From NCBI RefSeq assembly GCF_947568905.1, contig NC_079168.1, positions 78,616,001-78,680,000 on the forward strand: DNA of 64,000 nt. Reading direction: 5' to 3'. This stretch comes from Ostrea edulis (taxonomy: Eukaryota). The notes under the pieces were generated by a model, which worked only from the letters and a program-made list of their open reading frames with translations, searched no databases and was not told the origin of the DNA. Positions 38,201 through 49,167 of the stretch are shown piece after piece (the stretch's first letter is position 1; the number at the start of each line of letters is the position of its first letter). The translations under genes were made by a program, and so were the position numbers.

Positions 38201-38867
38201 CATCGTTATTTTTTTTGTTTTAAAAATATGTTTTTATCATTATTATCTTACAGTTTTAGGAGTGGACATCTTCCTGGAGATCCCACGAAACCCAACTTCT
38301 GCCCGTTATGTTTACCAGTGTGTTACAATTCCTATGAAAATCACATGGACGACGGCGATGGACAGGAAATGGAACACAGAGATGGACTGGGTAGGAGTGA
38401 CGTCACAATACCTTGGGAGTGGATGGAGAATGGTGGAAGTGTTTATGGACCAAAACAACAGTGCTTTCCATGACAGTGACCTCTTCACTACAAATATGAC
38501 AATCAACCAGAACTGTATATTCTTTTTTGAAAAGGAGCAGTCGAAAATGAACGACAACACTCCCATTTATGAAGCGACGATGGTCCAATATCACTCTTTG
38601 GTAAAAATGAAAAGTAAAATTGATACAACCATTACAACCATAACAACATTTGACACAGCTTGGGAACCCGTTGTGACTCAGCTAGGAACCTTTGGGTGGG
38701 AGCTAGTCAAAATCTTAGACACGCCAGTAATGAACTTTGAAAGCGTCATCGGGAGGGGTTTTATTACATTCAAAAAGGTCATGTGGATGTTTTTTCAGAG
38801 GAAAATTGTTACAGTTTCTGTGCCACTTGCTGGCGTAAATCCTCCACCTGTTGCAGCGACACCTTAA
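35213..38867 (+). CDS. Raftlin-like / four-module DUF4177-like protein, paralogue B (414 aa)
   Basis: Coding exons 35213-35843 and 38254-38867 (2410-bp phase-1 intron at the same position as in paralogue A). Starts MGCSGSQ. The reading frame is intact across both exons. Confidence 0.88.
35970..36600 (-). mobile_element. Two adjacent SINE-type insertions in the paralogue B intron
   Basis: 35970-36360 matches the common SINE body. 36390-36600 is a second tRNA-headed repeat (GCGGGTTCGAATTC B-box-like at about 36435-36450). Confidence 0.7.
36640..37900 (+). mobile_element. HINE/CvA-like element with about 135-bp internal tandem units
   Basis: CTATTATGGTACAGCGATGTCTGTACG start shared with 16660. 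Repeated TTTTCAAGTGAG...GTATGGGTAT...GTTGTTGAACTTAG...ATAGAGAGTACATG units. Confidence 0.75.
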
Positions 38868-38879
38868 CAGTAAAAATCG

Positions 38880-39856
38880 GGCATATCAGCGAAATGGAAA
38901 TTAAAGACCAGATATTTATGTAGCACTATCCCATTATCACCTGCATATGGTGTTTATGGCTCTCAACTGATTCGATATGTGAGAGCATGTTCTGCGTATG
39001 ATCAATTTTCAAACCGAGACAGGCTACTGACAAATAAATTGATGTTAAAGCGGTTTTAACTGTTCCGTTGGAAATTAGCATTTCGAATATTCTATTGTTA
39101 TGGGTCAGAACAAACCATTAGTATAGCGCAGCAGAATTTACTAACAAAATCCAATTAAACAATTTTAAATAAGATTTATTTACAATTAATAATTGAAAGA
39201 TAATTGTAATAATAGCAAAATACTAACTTACAGTAGGTGAATAATAAATACAAGCACACAAAAATGATAATCCAAAATCGTAGTTCCCATGGAAATAAAA
39301 TTCAAATGAATAAAATGTGTCTAACGAGAGCTTTTTTTTTATCTTAAGAATTTCAGTGTATACATGTATATAATAGGAATGAATTTTCTAGTACACTCTT
39401 GAAAGACGATGATGCAACCATTACGTAATCTTTCTACTAAAAATAGCTTAGTCTAGAACAATCTCGATCACAGGTGTTAATGACAAGTAAACATAACCTT
39501 CTAGAACAATCCAGGTCAATTTAGTGCAAATAGTCAATAGTACACAACACTACGGTCGTTTTAATGATCTCATTTGCAAACACAATATGTCGTTAGGTCG
39601 AATACTGTCCGATACCGTATATCACATACTAATTGTTATGTCGTTCTGTGCGTACTGATTTTGACTACGGATTACTCCATTTACCCTATCAAGATGTAAG
39701 ATTAAAGGCAGATGTGACCGGTCAACAGGGGATGATTACTCCTCCTAGGCACCTGATCCTACCTCTGGTGTTTCCATGGGTTTATGTTTGCCCTACTGGC
39801 AATTCCTTATTCTTTATTGGGGTTAAGAGATTGATCACCGTTCCCTATCTTCACCT
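38880..39856 (+). mobile_element. Penelope-like 3' fragment inserted just downstream of the paralogue B stop codon, split by a solo LTR
   Basis: YLCSTIPLSPAYGVY.SQLIRY.RACSAYDQF..R.RLLTNKLM pattern at 38910-39095, resuming at 39550 and ending with the family 3' block. The paralogue A 3' UTR sequence resumes at about 39860. Confidence 0.75.
39096..39549 (-). mobile_element. Probable solo LTR (454 bp, Gypsy-like 4-bp TSD)
   Basis: TGTTATGG...ACACAACA termini flanked by CTAT / CTAC. It interrupts otherwise contiguous PLE sequence. AATAAA on the minus strand lies near its 3' end. Confidence 0.6.
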
Positions 39857-40329
39857 TTTTGTGTGCATGTGGCTCTGTGATCAATTTAACTCATTCGTAA
39901 GAGTTTTACTGAAAGTGTTCTCGTTCGAATGTTCTTACGCAACTGACTTTAATTTTCTGTTTTCTTGATGAACATTTGAATTGTGAATAAAAGAGAAACA
40001 GTTAAAGAAAATGCGTTTGGTAACTTTTAAAATAAATATGTCCTCTTTAGAAAATGTACATGAATGTATGCATGTATGAAATGGCTGTTTGCAAGATAAA
40101 GACATCATGTAAAGGGACAAGATTCGTCCATGTGACTACATGTTGTCAGGGACTCGCACTGTATCGTCTTGTCAATACCTAGGTCCCTGGTGTAGTATAC
40201 ACCCGGAGGTGTATAGTCGCTGCAAAGGTCAGACATTAATAGATACTGCTCTAGTTCGCACATTTTACGAGGGAAATTGAAGGCATCCATTGAAGCTAGA
40301 GCTTGTTCTGCTTATGGTCAGTTTTTAAA

Positions 40330-40740
40330 TGGAAACAGGCTACTGACAAACAAGTTGATGGTGTAGGGGTTCCAACAGTCTCGTTTAAAGTCATCATTTC
40401 GCAAATTCTATGGTCGTTATAACGATCTGCATTGCCATTACAACCTACCATTGGGTCAAATGTTGTCTGACGTGTTTCATACCGATTGTTAGGCCATATT
40501 TGGTACACTGATTTTGACTACGGATAACTCCGTTTACCTGATCAGGATATAGGGCTCACGGCGGGTGTGACTGGTCGACAGGGAATGCTTACTCCTCCTA
40601 GGCACCCGATCCCACCTATGGTATGTCCAGGGGTCCGTGTTTGCCCAACTTTCTATTTTGTATTGCTTACAGGAGTTTTGAGATTGATCACTGTTCGTTA
40701 TCTTCACTTTTCATTGATCATTATCTTCACCTTTCATTAA
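40330..40740 (+). mobile_element. Penelope-like 3' fragment
   Basis: AGGCTACTGACAAACAAGTTGATG...CTCCTAGGCACCCGATCCCACC...GAGATTGATCACTGTTCGTTATCTTCAC, homologous to the 31.5 and 39.6 kb copies. Confidence 0.75.
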
Positions 40741-41534
40741 AAACGTGGGCTTCGATATTCAAGTGATCAACGAGGACTGTGGAGGAATACCAAATTTACA
40801 TAGAAAGAAATATAACTAATTAACACTAACAATCGTCGGATTCTGATAATAAGATACTTCTTTGGACTGCAACATCATCAGGTAATCAAAGCGATTCGAA
40901 GTCAGGTGAACAGCGAAACTTGTTTAATCCGACATGCTCTGGGAGATAGATTTAGTGGGGTGTTTTTTTTTTTTCATTGAACAGTGTATCGAACATGAAA
41001 ATAGATAATTGGGAAGGAAAAGATAAACAACCATAGAAAAATAAGAGGTATATGGGCCAAAATGCTCACCTGAATCACACCGCCACTGCTGTTCATCAGA
41101 TTTTTAACCCCTTTTATTTCCACGATTTTTTTGGGCCTGACTTTTAATCCACAAAACATAGGGATTGTGTTCTGGAGAATATTTTTTAAATGACTTTTTG
41201 TCCATATTCATGTACTAAGTAACATATGATCCCCTATTCTAGTCCCATCCTTAGACGTTGGGTCCATATTTTGAAAAACAAAACTCCCAAGTCCACACAA
41301 CTTGGAAATGTTTGCAAGTCAATATATGATATACTGTGGTTTTGCGACTTTTAAAAAGAAAAGTTTAAAATTTCCTATAAATGTACGCGGGCATTTTCTC
41401 ATGTAAAACTTTGAATGCATATTTTAGCCCTATCCTTACCTCAGCGGCCATGATTTGATAAATTATGAATCTGCATTACATTGGAATGCTTGCATGTTGA
41501 TACACATTATCATGGCCAGTGGTTCTTGAGAATA

Positions 41535-41538
<4 letters not shown>

Positions 41539-41581
<43 letters not shown>

Positions 41582-41653
41582 GAACTGATCGTTGATCATT
41601 TATTCTTTTAAATCATATATATACATATAAATGTGTGTGTGTGTGTGTGTGTG
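41539..41653. repeat. (AT)n and (GT)n microsatellites
   Basis: Direct reading (41539-41578 and about 41633-41653). Confidence 0.95.
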
Positions 41654-41832
41654 AACAGAGCGGATAAAAGGACTCTGTGGTTTACTATGGTTAAATTAAG
41701 TACATTATGAGCATTTTCGCCTTTTCTATATTCGAATTTTACCGGCTTACAACTTATAGAAATGTACAGTAGTATCGTTGTGAGATTCTTCGGTGCTATA
41801 TACATGATTAAAGTCAACTGATAAAAATAAGT

Positions 41833-41930
41833 CGTACAGGCCTTTAACCAATCAGTACACTTTGTCGTACAGGCCTTTAACCAATCAGTACACTTTGTCG
41901 TACAGGCCTTTAAGCAATCAGTACACTTTG
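41833..41930. repeat. 33-bp tandem repeat, 3 units
   Basis: GTCGTACAGGCCTTTAACCAATCAGTACACTTT x3. Confidence 0.9.
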
Positions 41931-41999
41931 AATTGTAGGAGATCTCGCATCACCTCTCACACAGTTATACTTTATCCCGTACATGCTACCGTACCAGCA

Positions 42000-42715
42000 C
42001 GATTGATTGCCGTCCCTCTCGAAAATCTTTCACTCACAAAGAGGTGTCACCACTGCTGGTGATGGGCTGCAAGATTTAGCCCTATGATCAGCGCTTACAG
42101 CCTTTGGGCAGGGAGAGATCTTTAACGGGGCCTCGTTTTTTGCGGTCTCATCCGAAGGACCGCCCCATCTAGTCGCCTCTTACGACAAGAATGGGGTACT
42201 GAAGACCTATTCTAACCCGGATCTTGGTAACAAATATCAAGAGAGTGTGACACATGAGTTGTAGGATATAACACATATTCCCTGAGGTAAAGCGAACATC
42301 GGTGATCACAATAGGCCTAAATATCACAAATGTCTCCCCGTCACAAAACCTGAAATGACGAGTGAATCTGTAGATGACGGCATCGAAAAACCAAATTCCC
42401 CGTTGAGGTCTCATCGTATAGAAATCCATCTCAGAGATCGATATTGTACTTTTTTGATTGATTGATTTAACGTCCCTCTCGACAATATTTCACTTATATG
42501 GAGACGTCACCGCTGTTCGTGAAGGGCTGCAAAATTTAGGGATATGATCGGTGATTATGGCCATTGAGCAGGGAAAGATCTTTATCATATGCTACACCTG
42601 CTGTGACCCGGGGCCTCGGTTTTTGCCGTCTCATCCGAAGGACCACCCCATTTAATCGCCTCTTACGACAAGAAAGGGGGTATTATGAGGACTTATTCTA
42701 ACCCGGATCTCCACG
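42000..42715 (-). mobile_element. Two SINE 3'-half copies (42000-42225 and 42455-42715)
   Basis: Both show GATTGATT tails, CACTCA(C/T)A..GAGACGTCACC and GGTCTCATCCGAAGGACC...TCTAACCCGGATCT. Confidence 0.8.
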
Positions 42716-42973
42716 ATGAGAAATTTCTAAAAGTTGTATGTATTCCTATGTAATTCTGTCCCGAGATAAAACATCAAATTAATAACTTCATTTTCACTGT
42801 TTAACACTGAAACCTATATTACAAAGATCAACAGTGAATATATTGACTATCACGTTAATCAACACCCAACTCTAGGCATGTAACAACTAACACGTTCCCT
42901 TTGTTTAATATAAGGATGTCTTGTCGGGATGTACAAACAATACATCCTTTTATAAAAACTGAATTTCACTCTC

Positions 42974-44191
42974 TCATCGACCAGTTTGGCTGTCTGGGTG
43001 AATGGACTCGGATTTGTGTCTGCAAATCAAACGTTTTACTTCATGTCGAAATTTGGCATCAAAGAATCCATAGATAAAGGGGTTAACCACATGATTAACA
43101 ATATACAGTCTGTACAAAAACAGCAGTCCTATGATAACCGAGTCGGGTTTTCTCCAAAACGATTGCACAAAAACAGACTCGAGCAGCATGATAACTATTC
43201 GAGGCAAGTATGCGATCACAAACACCATTGTGATCGTCATGAACATGTACGAGTATCTGTAGTGTCGAAAGTGGTACTTCATAGCCGGAAAGTTTGCTTT
43301 TAATAAAATATCTTGAGATTTTCTTTTGGTGCAAGTTGTTTCATCTTCTGGGCGAGGTCTTTGATTGTCACTGCTTTCATGATCATGCAGGTTACTAGGA
43401 TTTTCTTCGAATTCTCCCCTTTCTACACTGTGAGGATCAGATGTCTCAACACTTCTGGTTTTTCGTTTTATATCAGAAATGGTGGAGACTGAAAGTTCAG
43501 GTCGAGGAATGGTTTTCATTCCTCTTAACGACTTTCGGTACACCATGACCTTACTGTAGATAGTTTTCCCAATGAAGATGTAACAAATCGTGATGACGAT
43601 TATACCAGACACAGCAAAGACGAACAGAAACACGTTGTATCCCAACAGTGCCCCCGCCTTGCCACTGTGACCACATCGGTACCCCACCAACGTAATATTG
43701 TCCGAACTGTAACTTTCATTTACCACGCGAATTTCCCCATACAAGAATAGTGTAGGAATTGACAGTATTGTGGCAACGGTGACTGTTCCCCAAATTACCA
43801 TTCTCTTTATCTTTAAAGACCACTTCTTGAAGAACGGACGACACACCTTCAGGTATCGTTGGAAAGCAATGACCATAAGCAAAGTTCCCCCAGACATGGT
43901 TGAAGCCTGGCTGAAGAACCACAAAATGCGACAGAGGGAATTCCCTGGAAATCTCACAGGCAGAAGATTCAGGGCCAACGCATATGAGGATCCAATGATA
44001 CACGAACAAGCGTCTACAGCCGCCAGAGAGGGGATGAAGTAACGATCGTCGCTCTTCTTAGACATCCGAAAGACATAGATCAAGATAACCAAGCCATTTC
44101 CAAAGACTCCAAGAATCAAATAAAGGCACAACACTATGTTATTTCCGACCAGGTAATCAGACAGTTCGGAATTCCACGTCTCAAGATTCAT
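42974..44191 (-). CDS. Intronless class A (rhodopsin-like) GPCR, peptide-receptor-like, 405 aa
   Basis: Seven hydrophobic segments: TM1 GVFGNGLV, TM2 LAAVD, TM3 Cys plus IAFQRY, TM4 W...P, ECL2 Cys, long ICL3, TM6 AYLP, TM7 NPFIY. The ligand cannot be assigned. Confidence 0.95.
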   Translation of the reverse strand: MNLETWNSELSDYLVGNNIVLCLYLILGVFGNGLVILIYVFRMSKKSDDRYFIPSLAAVDACSCIIGSSYALALNLLPVRFPGNSLCRILWFFSQASTMSGGTLLMVIAFQRYLKVCRPFFKKWSLKIKRMVIWGTVTVATILSIPTLFLYGEIRVVNESYSSDNITLVGYRCGHSGKAGALLGYNVFLFVFAVSGIIVITICYIFIGKTIYSKVMVYRKSLRGMKTIPRPELSVSTISDIKRKTRSVETSDPHSVERGEFEENPSNLHDHESSDNQRPRPEDETTCTKRKSQDILLKANFPAMKYHFRHYRYSYMFMTITMVFVIAYLPRIVIMLLESVFVQSFWRKPDSVIIGLLFLYRLYIVNHVVNPFIYGFFDAKFRHEVKRLICRHKSESIHPDSQTGR

Positions 44192-45316
44192 GTCCCCGAA
44201 TCCTATGCATCAACAGATCTTTGTCGCCGAATATGACGGTCTCGTATCAAGTGAAAGGATTAGATAAAGTAGGCTCCTTAAAAACGATCCGAGATTTCCT
44301 GAGTGATACACGTGCTTTTAAAGAGTTTGAAATCGGGGAGTTCTTTTGAAGTGTGTCAGTGCTGTACGTAATAGTAACCTATAGTGTGCATGTCCGGTTG
44401 CACTAAAGGCATGTCAGTAGCTCTCGAATTTCCGATTTCTATGTGACCGTCCGATGTGTCTACAATAATTTATCGCTTGTACAAATGAAGTGCTGTTTGT
44501 TTCCTTGGTGTTGCAAGTTTTCTAAATGCTAAGGCGTGGAGAAGTCCTGATGAAAGTAGAACCGTTTTCTCACACAACAAAAGTTCAGTTGTACTATCAG
44601 AGTGCATTGGTACATGGCGGAATTTTAGGAATGCTGTAGTGGGATATTATAAATACCTTTATTCAAGTCAAACACTCCTGGCATTATTCAAAACAGATCA
44701 ATTTGTCGGGAAAAAGTCACATAGGAGCAGCGGAGGATCTGGAGGAAGGGGGGGGGGAGGTTACAGGGATTGCAACTCCCCCTTCACCCTTTAGTTGAGG
44801 ATCTTTTTAAATAGATAATATTTTGACATTTGTGGGTCTTCATCTCCCACCTTTCTTGGATTCGATAGAAAAGATAGACGTGGGTCCCCCCTTTGAAACT
44901 TTTCTGGGTCCATGTCTGAAAAGGCTTCTATACATTGTATTCACACATCAATTCAATTATTGCTTTCATCAATTAAATTGATGTGTGCATCAATGTGGTG
45001 GAACTATTGCTCGCAAAATTTAATTTGGAGCTTTGATGATCTCTTTAATTCAATTGAAGATATCTTTAATTTTTACAACGATTTTGTATAAGGCATTAAT
45101 GAGCACATCATTTCCTTTAAAGAGAGCAACAATTCAATTTCAAAGATATTGAAAATAAATCTTAATAACTAATTACTCTCTCTAAATGAATTGCACACAT
45201 CCAAAGCATTAATTCAATGGAAGAGGGCGATAATTTGCTTCTCGGTGCTCTTCATTGCATCAGAACGGTGACCAGTTTATTCATATACAAGTTGTTCCGC
45301 CATCAGCAGTGTTTAC

Positions 45317-46484
45317 TGTGGCCTATGGCAAGCCCTTTTACTATTTATTCGTAAAATAAGATATCTCTGTAAGTTAGAGAGATATCTTTTTACGCTCTTT
45401 GTCTTTTTCTTTAAACAAATGAGATATCTCTTTGCGCTTGGGAGATATCTCTCAAAGCTAGAGAGATATCTCTCAAAGAGAAAGAGATATCTCTCTAGCG
45501 TAAAGAGATATTTCTCTATCAATGTTAAAAGAGATATCTCTTTAAATTTTCAAAAAGAGATATCTCTTTAACCTAAAGAGATATCTCTTTAGATTTTTCT
45601 CACGGTGATCATAATGACTTGTCCCTGTTGCATTGTCATTGAAATGATGTAACCAGGGGCGGATCCAGGAATTGCGGTTACGGGGGGCACCACTTTATGA
45701 GGCAGTGGGTCCAGGGCAAAGCCCTGGTGGGGATCCAGGGGGCAAAGCCCCCGGAAACTCATGGATTTTACATACATGTATTTTATGGGGCTTGAAATAT
45801 TTCTCCTATTTAGTCATTTGTACTATTTTCTATCATTTTGATAAGGTGAAATTAATAAAATGACCCAAATTTTAAGGTTTTTCTGGAAAAAATTAAGTTC
45901 TCCCAATAAAGTAATTCAAGAAATCAAAAGATTTTGTCATCTATTTCTCCAGGAGTGGAAGAAATTATTGCTTCTTTTATCGTTTAGTACATTTTCCAAA
46001 ACAAGATACCGCAATTTACCTTAAATTTGAGAATTTTAGGGGGAGAGCGCGCCGGCTGCGCCCCCCTCTAAATCCGCCACTGGAGGGGCGGATCCAGGAA
46101 TTGTAGTTACGGGGGGCGCCACTTTATGAGGCAGTGGGTCCAGGGTGAAGCCCTGGTGGGGGTCCAGGGGGCGAATCCCCCGGACACTCCTGGATTTTAC
46201 AGATTTTATGGGGCTTGAAATATTTCTCCTATTGAGTCATTTACCCTATTTTCTATCATTTTAATAAGGTGAAATTAATCAAATGACCCAAATTTTAAGG
46301 GTTTTTTGGAAAAAATTAAGTTCTCCCAATAAAGTAATTCAAGAAATCAAAGGATTTTGTCATTTATTTCTCCGGGAGTGGAGGAGATTATTGCATATCG
46401 TTTAGTACATTTTCCGAAACAAGATACCGCGAATTACCTTAAATTTGAAAATGTTATGGGGCTAAATCTGCCACTGGTCAAAAT

Positions 46485-46522
<38 letters not shown>

Positions 46523-47406
46523 GTAATGCCAAAGCCGGGAAAAAGATTGTGCCAACAGGCGCTTGCTTGATATTTTTATTAAAACTTACTATGCAAATTA
46601 TTAAGCAAGCGCCTGTTGGTGAATTCATCCACAGAATACACCGTGTAAAAATACATAATGCATTAGTATGAGGTATCAATATGAAATGGTGGATTCTGAG
46701 GATGACTTCCTGTTCTCTCTGTAATTTCTGCATCCCTTGTTCATAATAAGCCTTTTGATTTTGCAAAATGTTGACCTCCTCATAATATTATTGCATAATA
46801 TATTTTCCGTTTCGTTTCCTTTTCCGTTCCGCGTCTTAGCAACACCCCAGCCATCATGGTAAGATTTGCTTTGGCGGGCTTCCGTTTTAGGGAGAATTCC
46901 TTAAGTATTCAAACTAATAAAAATATTGGAAAGAGATATCTCTTTCTCTTTGAGAGATATCTCTTTTTCAACGATTAAAGAGATATCTCTTATACTTTGA
47001 GAGATATCTCTCTAGGAATTCTTAGAGATATCTCTTTAAGTGAAGGAGATATCTCAAAGTAAAAGAAATATCTCTTTAAGTGAAAGAGATATCTCTCTAA
47101 GTGAAAGAGATATCTCTTAAAGTATAAGAGATATCTCTCTAAGTGAAAGAGATATCTCTCAAAGTGAAAGAGATATCTCTTTAAATGTAAGAGATATATC
47201 TCAAAGTGAAAGAGATATCTCTCAAAGTGAAAGAGATATCTCTCAAAGTGAAAGAGATATCTCTCTCAGTGAAAGAGATATCTCTTTTTAGAGAGATATC
47301 TATTAAGATTAAGAGATATCTCTCCTTTTAAAGAGATATCTCTTTAATTAAAAGAGATATCTTATTTTTCGAATATATAATACAAGGGCTTGCCATAGTG
47401 GCCACA
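45317..47406. mobile_element. About 2.1-kb fold-back-type DNA element with subterminal GAGATATCTC arrays
   Basis: Left TGTGGCCTATGGCAAGCCCTTTTACTATTTATTCGTAAAATAAGATATCTCT is the inverse of right AGAGATATCTTATTTTTCGAATATATAATACAAGGGCTTGCCATAGTGGCCACA. Arrays at 45358-45590 and 46930-47365. Confidence 0.8.
45654..46476 (+). mobile_element. Head-to-tail dimer of an about 400-430-bp GGGGCGGATCC-type MITE
   Basis: Copies 45654-46082 and 46083-46476, each (C)AGGGGCGGATCCAGGAATT...AAATC(C/T)GCCACTG and highly similar internally. Followed by G36 at 46486-46521. Confidence 0.85.
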
Positions 47407-49167
47407 TTTGAATGATCAGAATAAAATGGCACTAAGCTAAGTGTTTTACACAATTAGAAGTAATGTTAATTCCTATGTAGCATTCATCTTCTGTTGGTTT
47501 GGTCCTCGAGCAAAGATATATCAAACTGTTAGTGTTAGGTGTCTTAAAACAAGTATTTACCGTTTTATCTTTCAAATGTGCAGTAACATTTTCTACTTGG
47601 GGCTCTTTCTGAAACTCTTTGATTCCATTACCAATTCTTTATCAGGTACATCACTATTACAGTTTAGTTTTGCACGATACTCTTGAATACCTTTTGAAAT
47701 TTTCAGGCCCTGGTCGCTTTCACATATTCTTGTCAAAATCCTCCATTTCAGGCATGTCAAACTTTAAAACCATTTTTTTCCCTTCGTTTTATATAAATTA
47801 TTGTTTTCATTGCAGTTATATTTTCATGGCTTTGGTCAACAGTTAAAATAGTGACAATTATAAACTACAACAAAACTTAGACTGAATAGTGCTTCTATCT
47901 GGCAGAAAATAAATTTAATAAAAGTAGCATTCCCCAGTGTATGGTTTTCATTAGCTCAAAAAGAACAAATTTGAATTTTTTCCCCAGTTAAAATGTAAAA
48001 TTTAATTGTAAACCACATGTATCTTATAATAGTTATAGTTTAGCATAGTTCAAATTATTATGCAAGGTTGTGAATATGCTCAAACTTTACAAGTCTTACG
48101 AAGATATGATATTGTATATTTTTTTCAGATTTATGGGGGGGGGGGGGTGTACTTGTTGTAGAGCTGATAGCTTCTAATATAATGCGTCAACAGGTGATTT
48201 TCTTACTCAAATCCTTATTCCAAGATAATAATCTGTAAATTAAAAACAATTAATTCAAGGTTTAGTCCATAAAAATTAGGGAAAAGACCAATACTGACGT
48301 CAAATGATATTTCCTACAGTATTTCTTTTAACATATTTGGGCTCACAAAGTATACATTATGAAAATATTTATTCCAATTTATTAGAATAAATGATTACAT
48401 ATCATTAAATAAAGGGTATATAATCTATGTTGCTTATTACAGCCCATTTGTTTGGAGAAATAATAATTATTAAGAAAAATAAAGAAGGAGGAGTGCATTT
48501 TCCTTAATGTTGATGGGGTGCTTACTTTTGAGAAGCAATAACAATGAAAATGGCATGTCAACATATATATTTTTCAATGTCCATCTATTACTGGAATATA
48601 TATTTATCTTGTAAAGGCAATTTTTTCATGATGAGTCCATTTAAGGCTGAGTATAGATCTACCTTAGTTAATAAAAAAATAGTTTTCCTGTAAACAGACT
48701 ATTTTTAAAAAAGGCCTCTGAGAATTGGCATAAATCAGAGGCTCTCGACATTTTAAATATACTTAAGTTAATAAAAAAATTGTTTTCCTGTAAACAGACT
48801 ATTCAACAGTTTATTTACAGGAAGACAATTTTTTTATGATATATATTTAAAACATTGAGAGCCTGTGGCATAAATGATACATTGTAAACCCCTGCACATA
48901 TCCTGTGACTAGTGATATTGCACATGGGTATCACAAGGAATTCAAATACATATACAAGCATATGTGCCATAACTGCACATACTTATCATTTAGTTTTGTT
49001 ATATCATCAAAAGCATAATAAGATATGTGTTTTGTCATCATACTTTTATCAAATCATTGGTTTTATGTCATTCCTTGTCTAGTAATACATGTAAATATTC
49101 ACATACAGTTAATGAATGATATTGCATAGTTGAAATACATGAAAGACATGTGAATTATAAAATACAT

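Noticed and set aside
46357-46766. Poly-Gly / poly-Pro ORFs
   Set aside because: They arise from a 36-nt G homopolymer next to a MITE. Similar G/C runs are scattered through the window in non-coding DNA.
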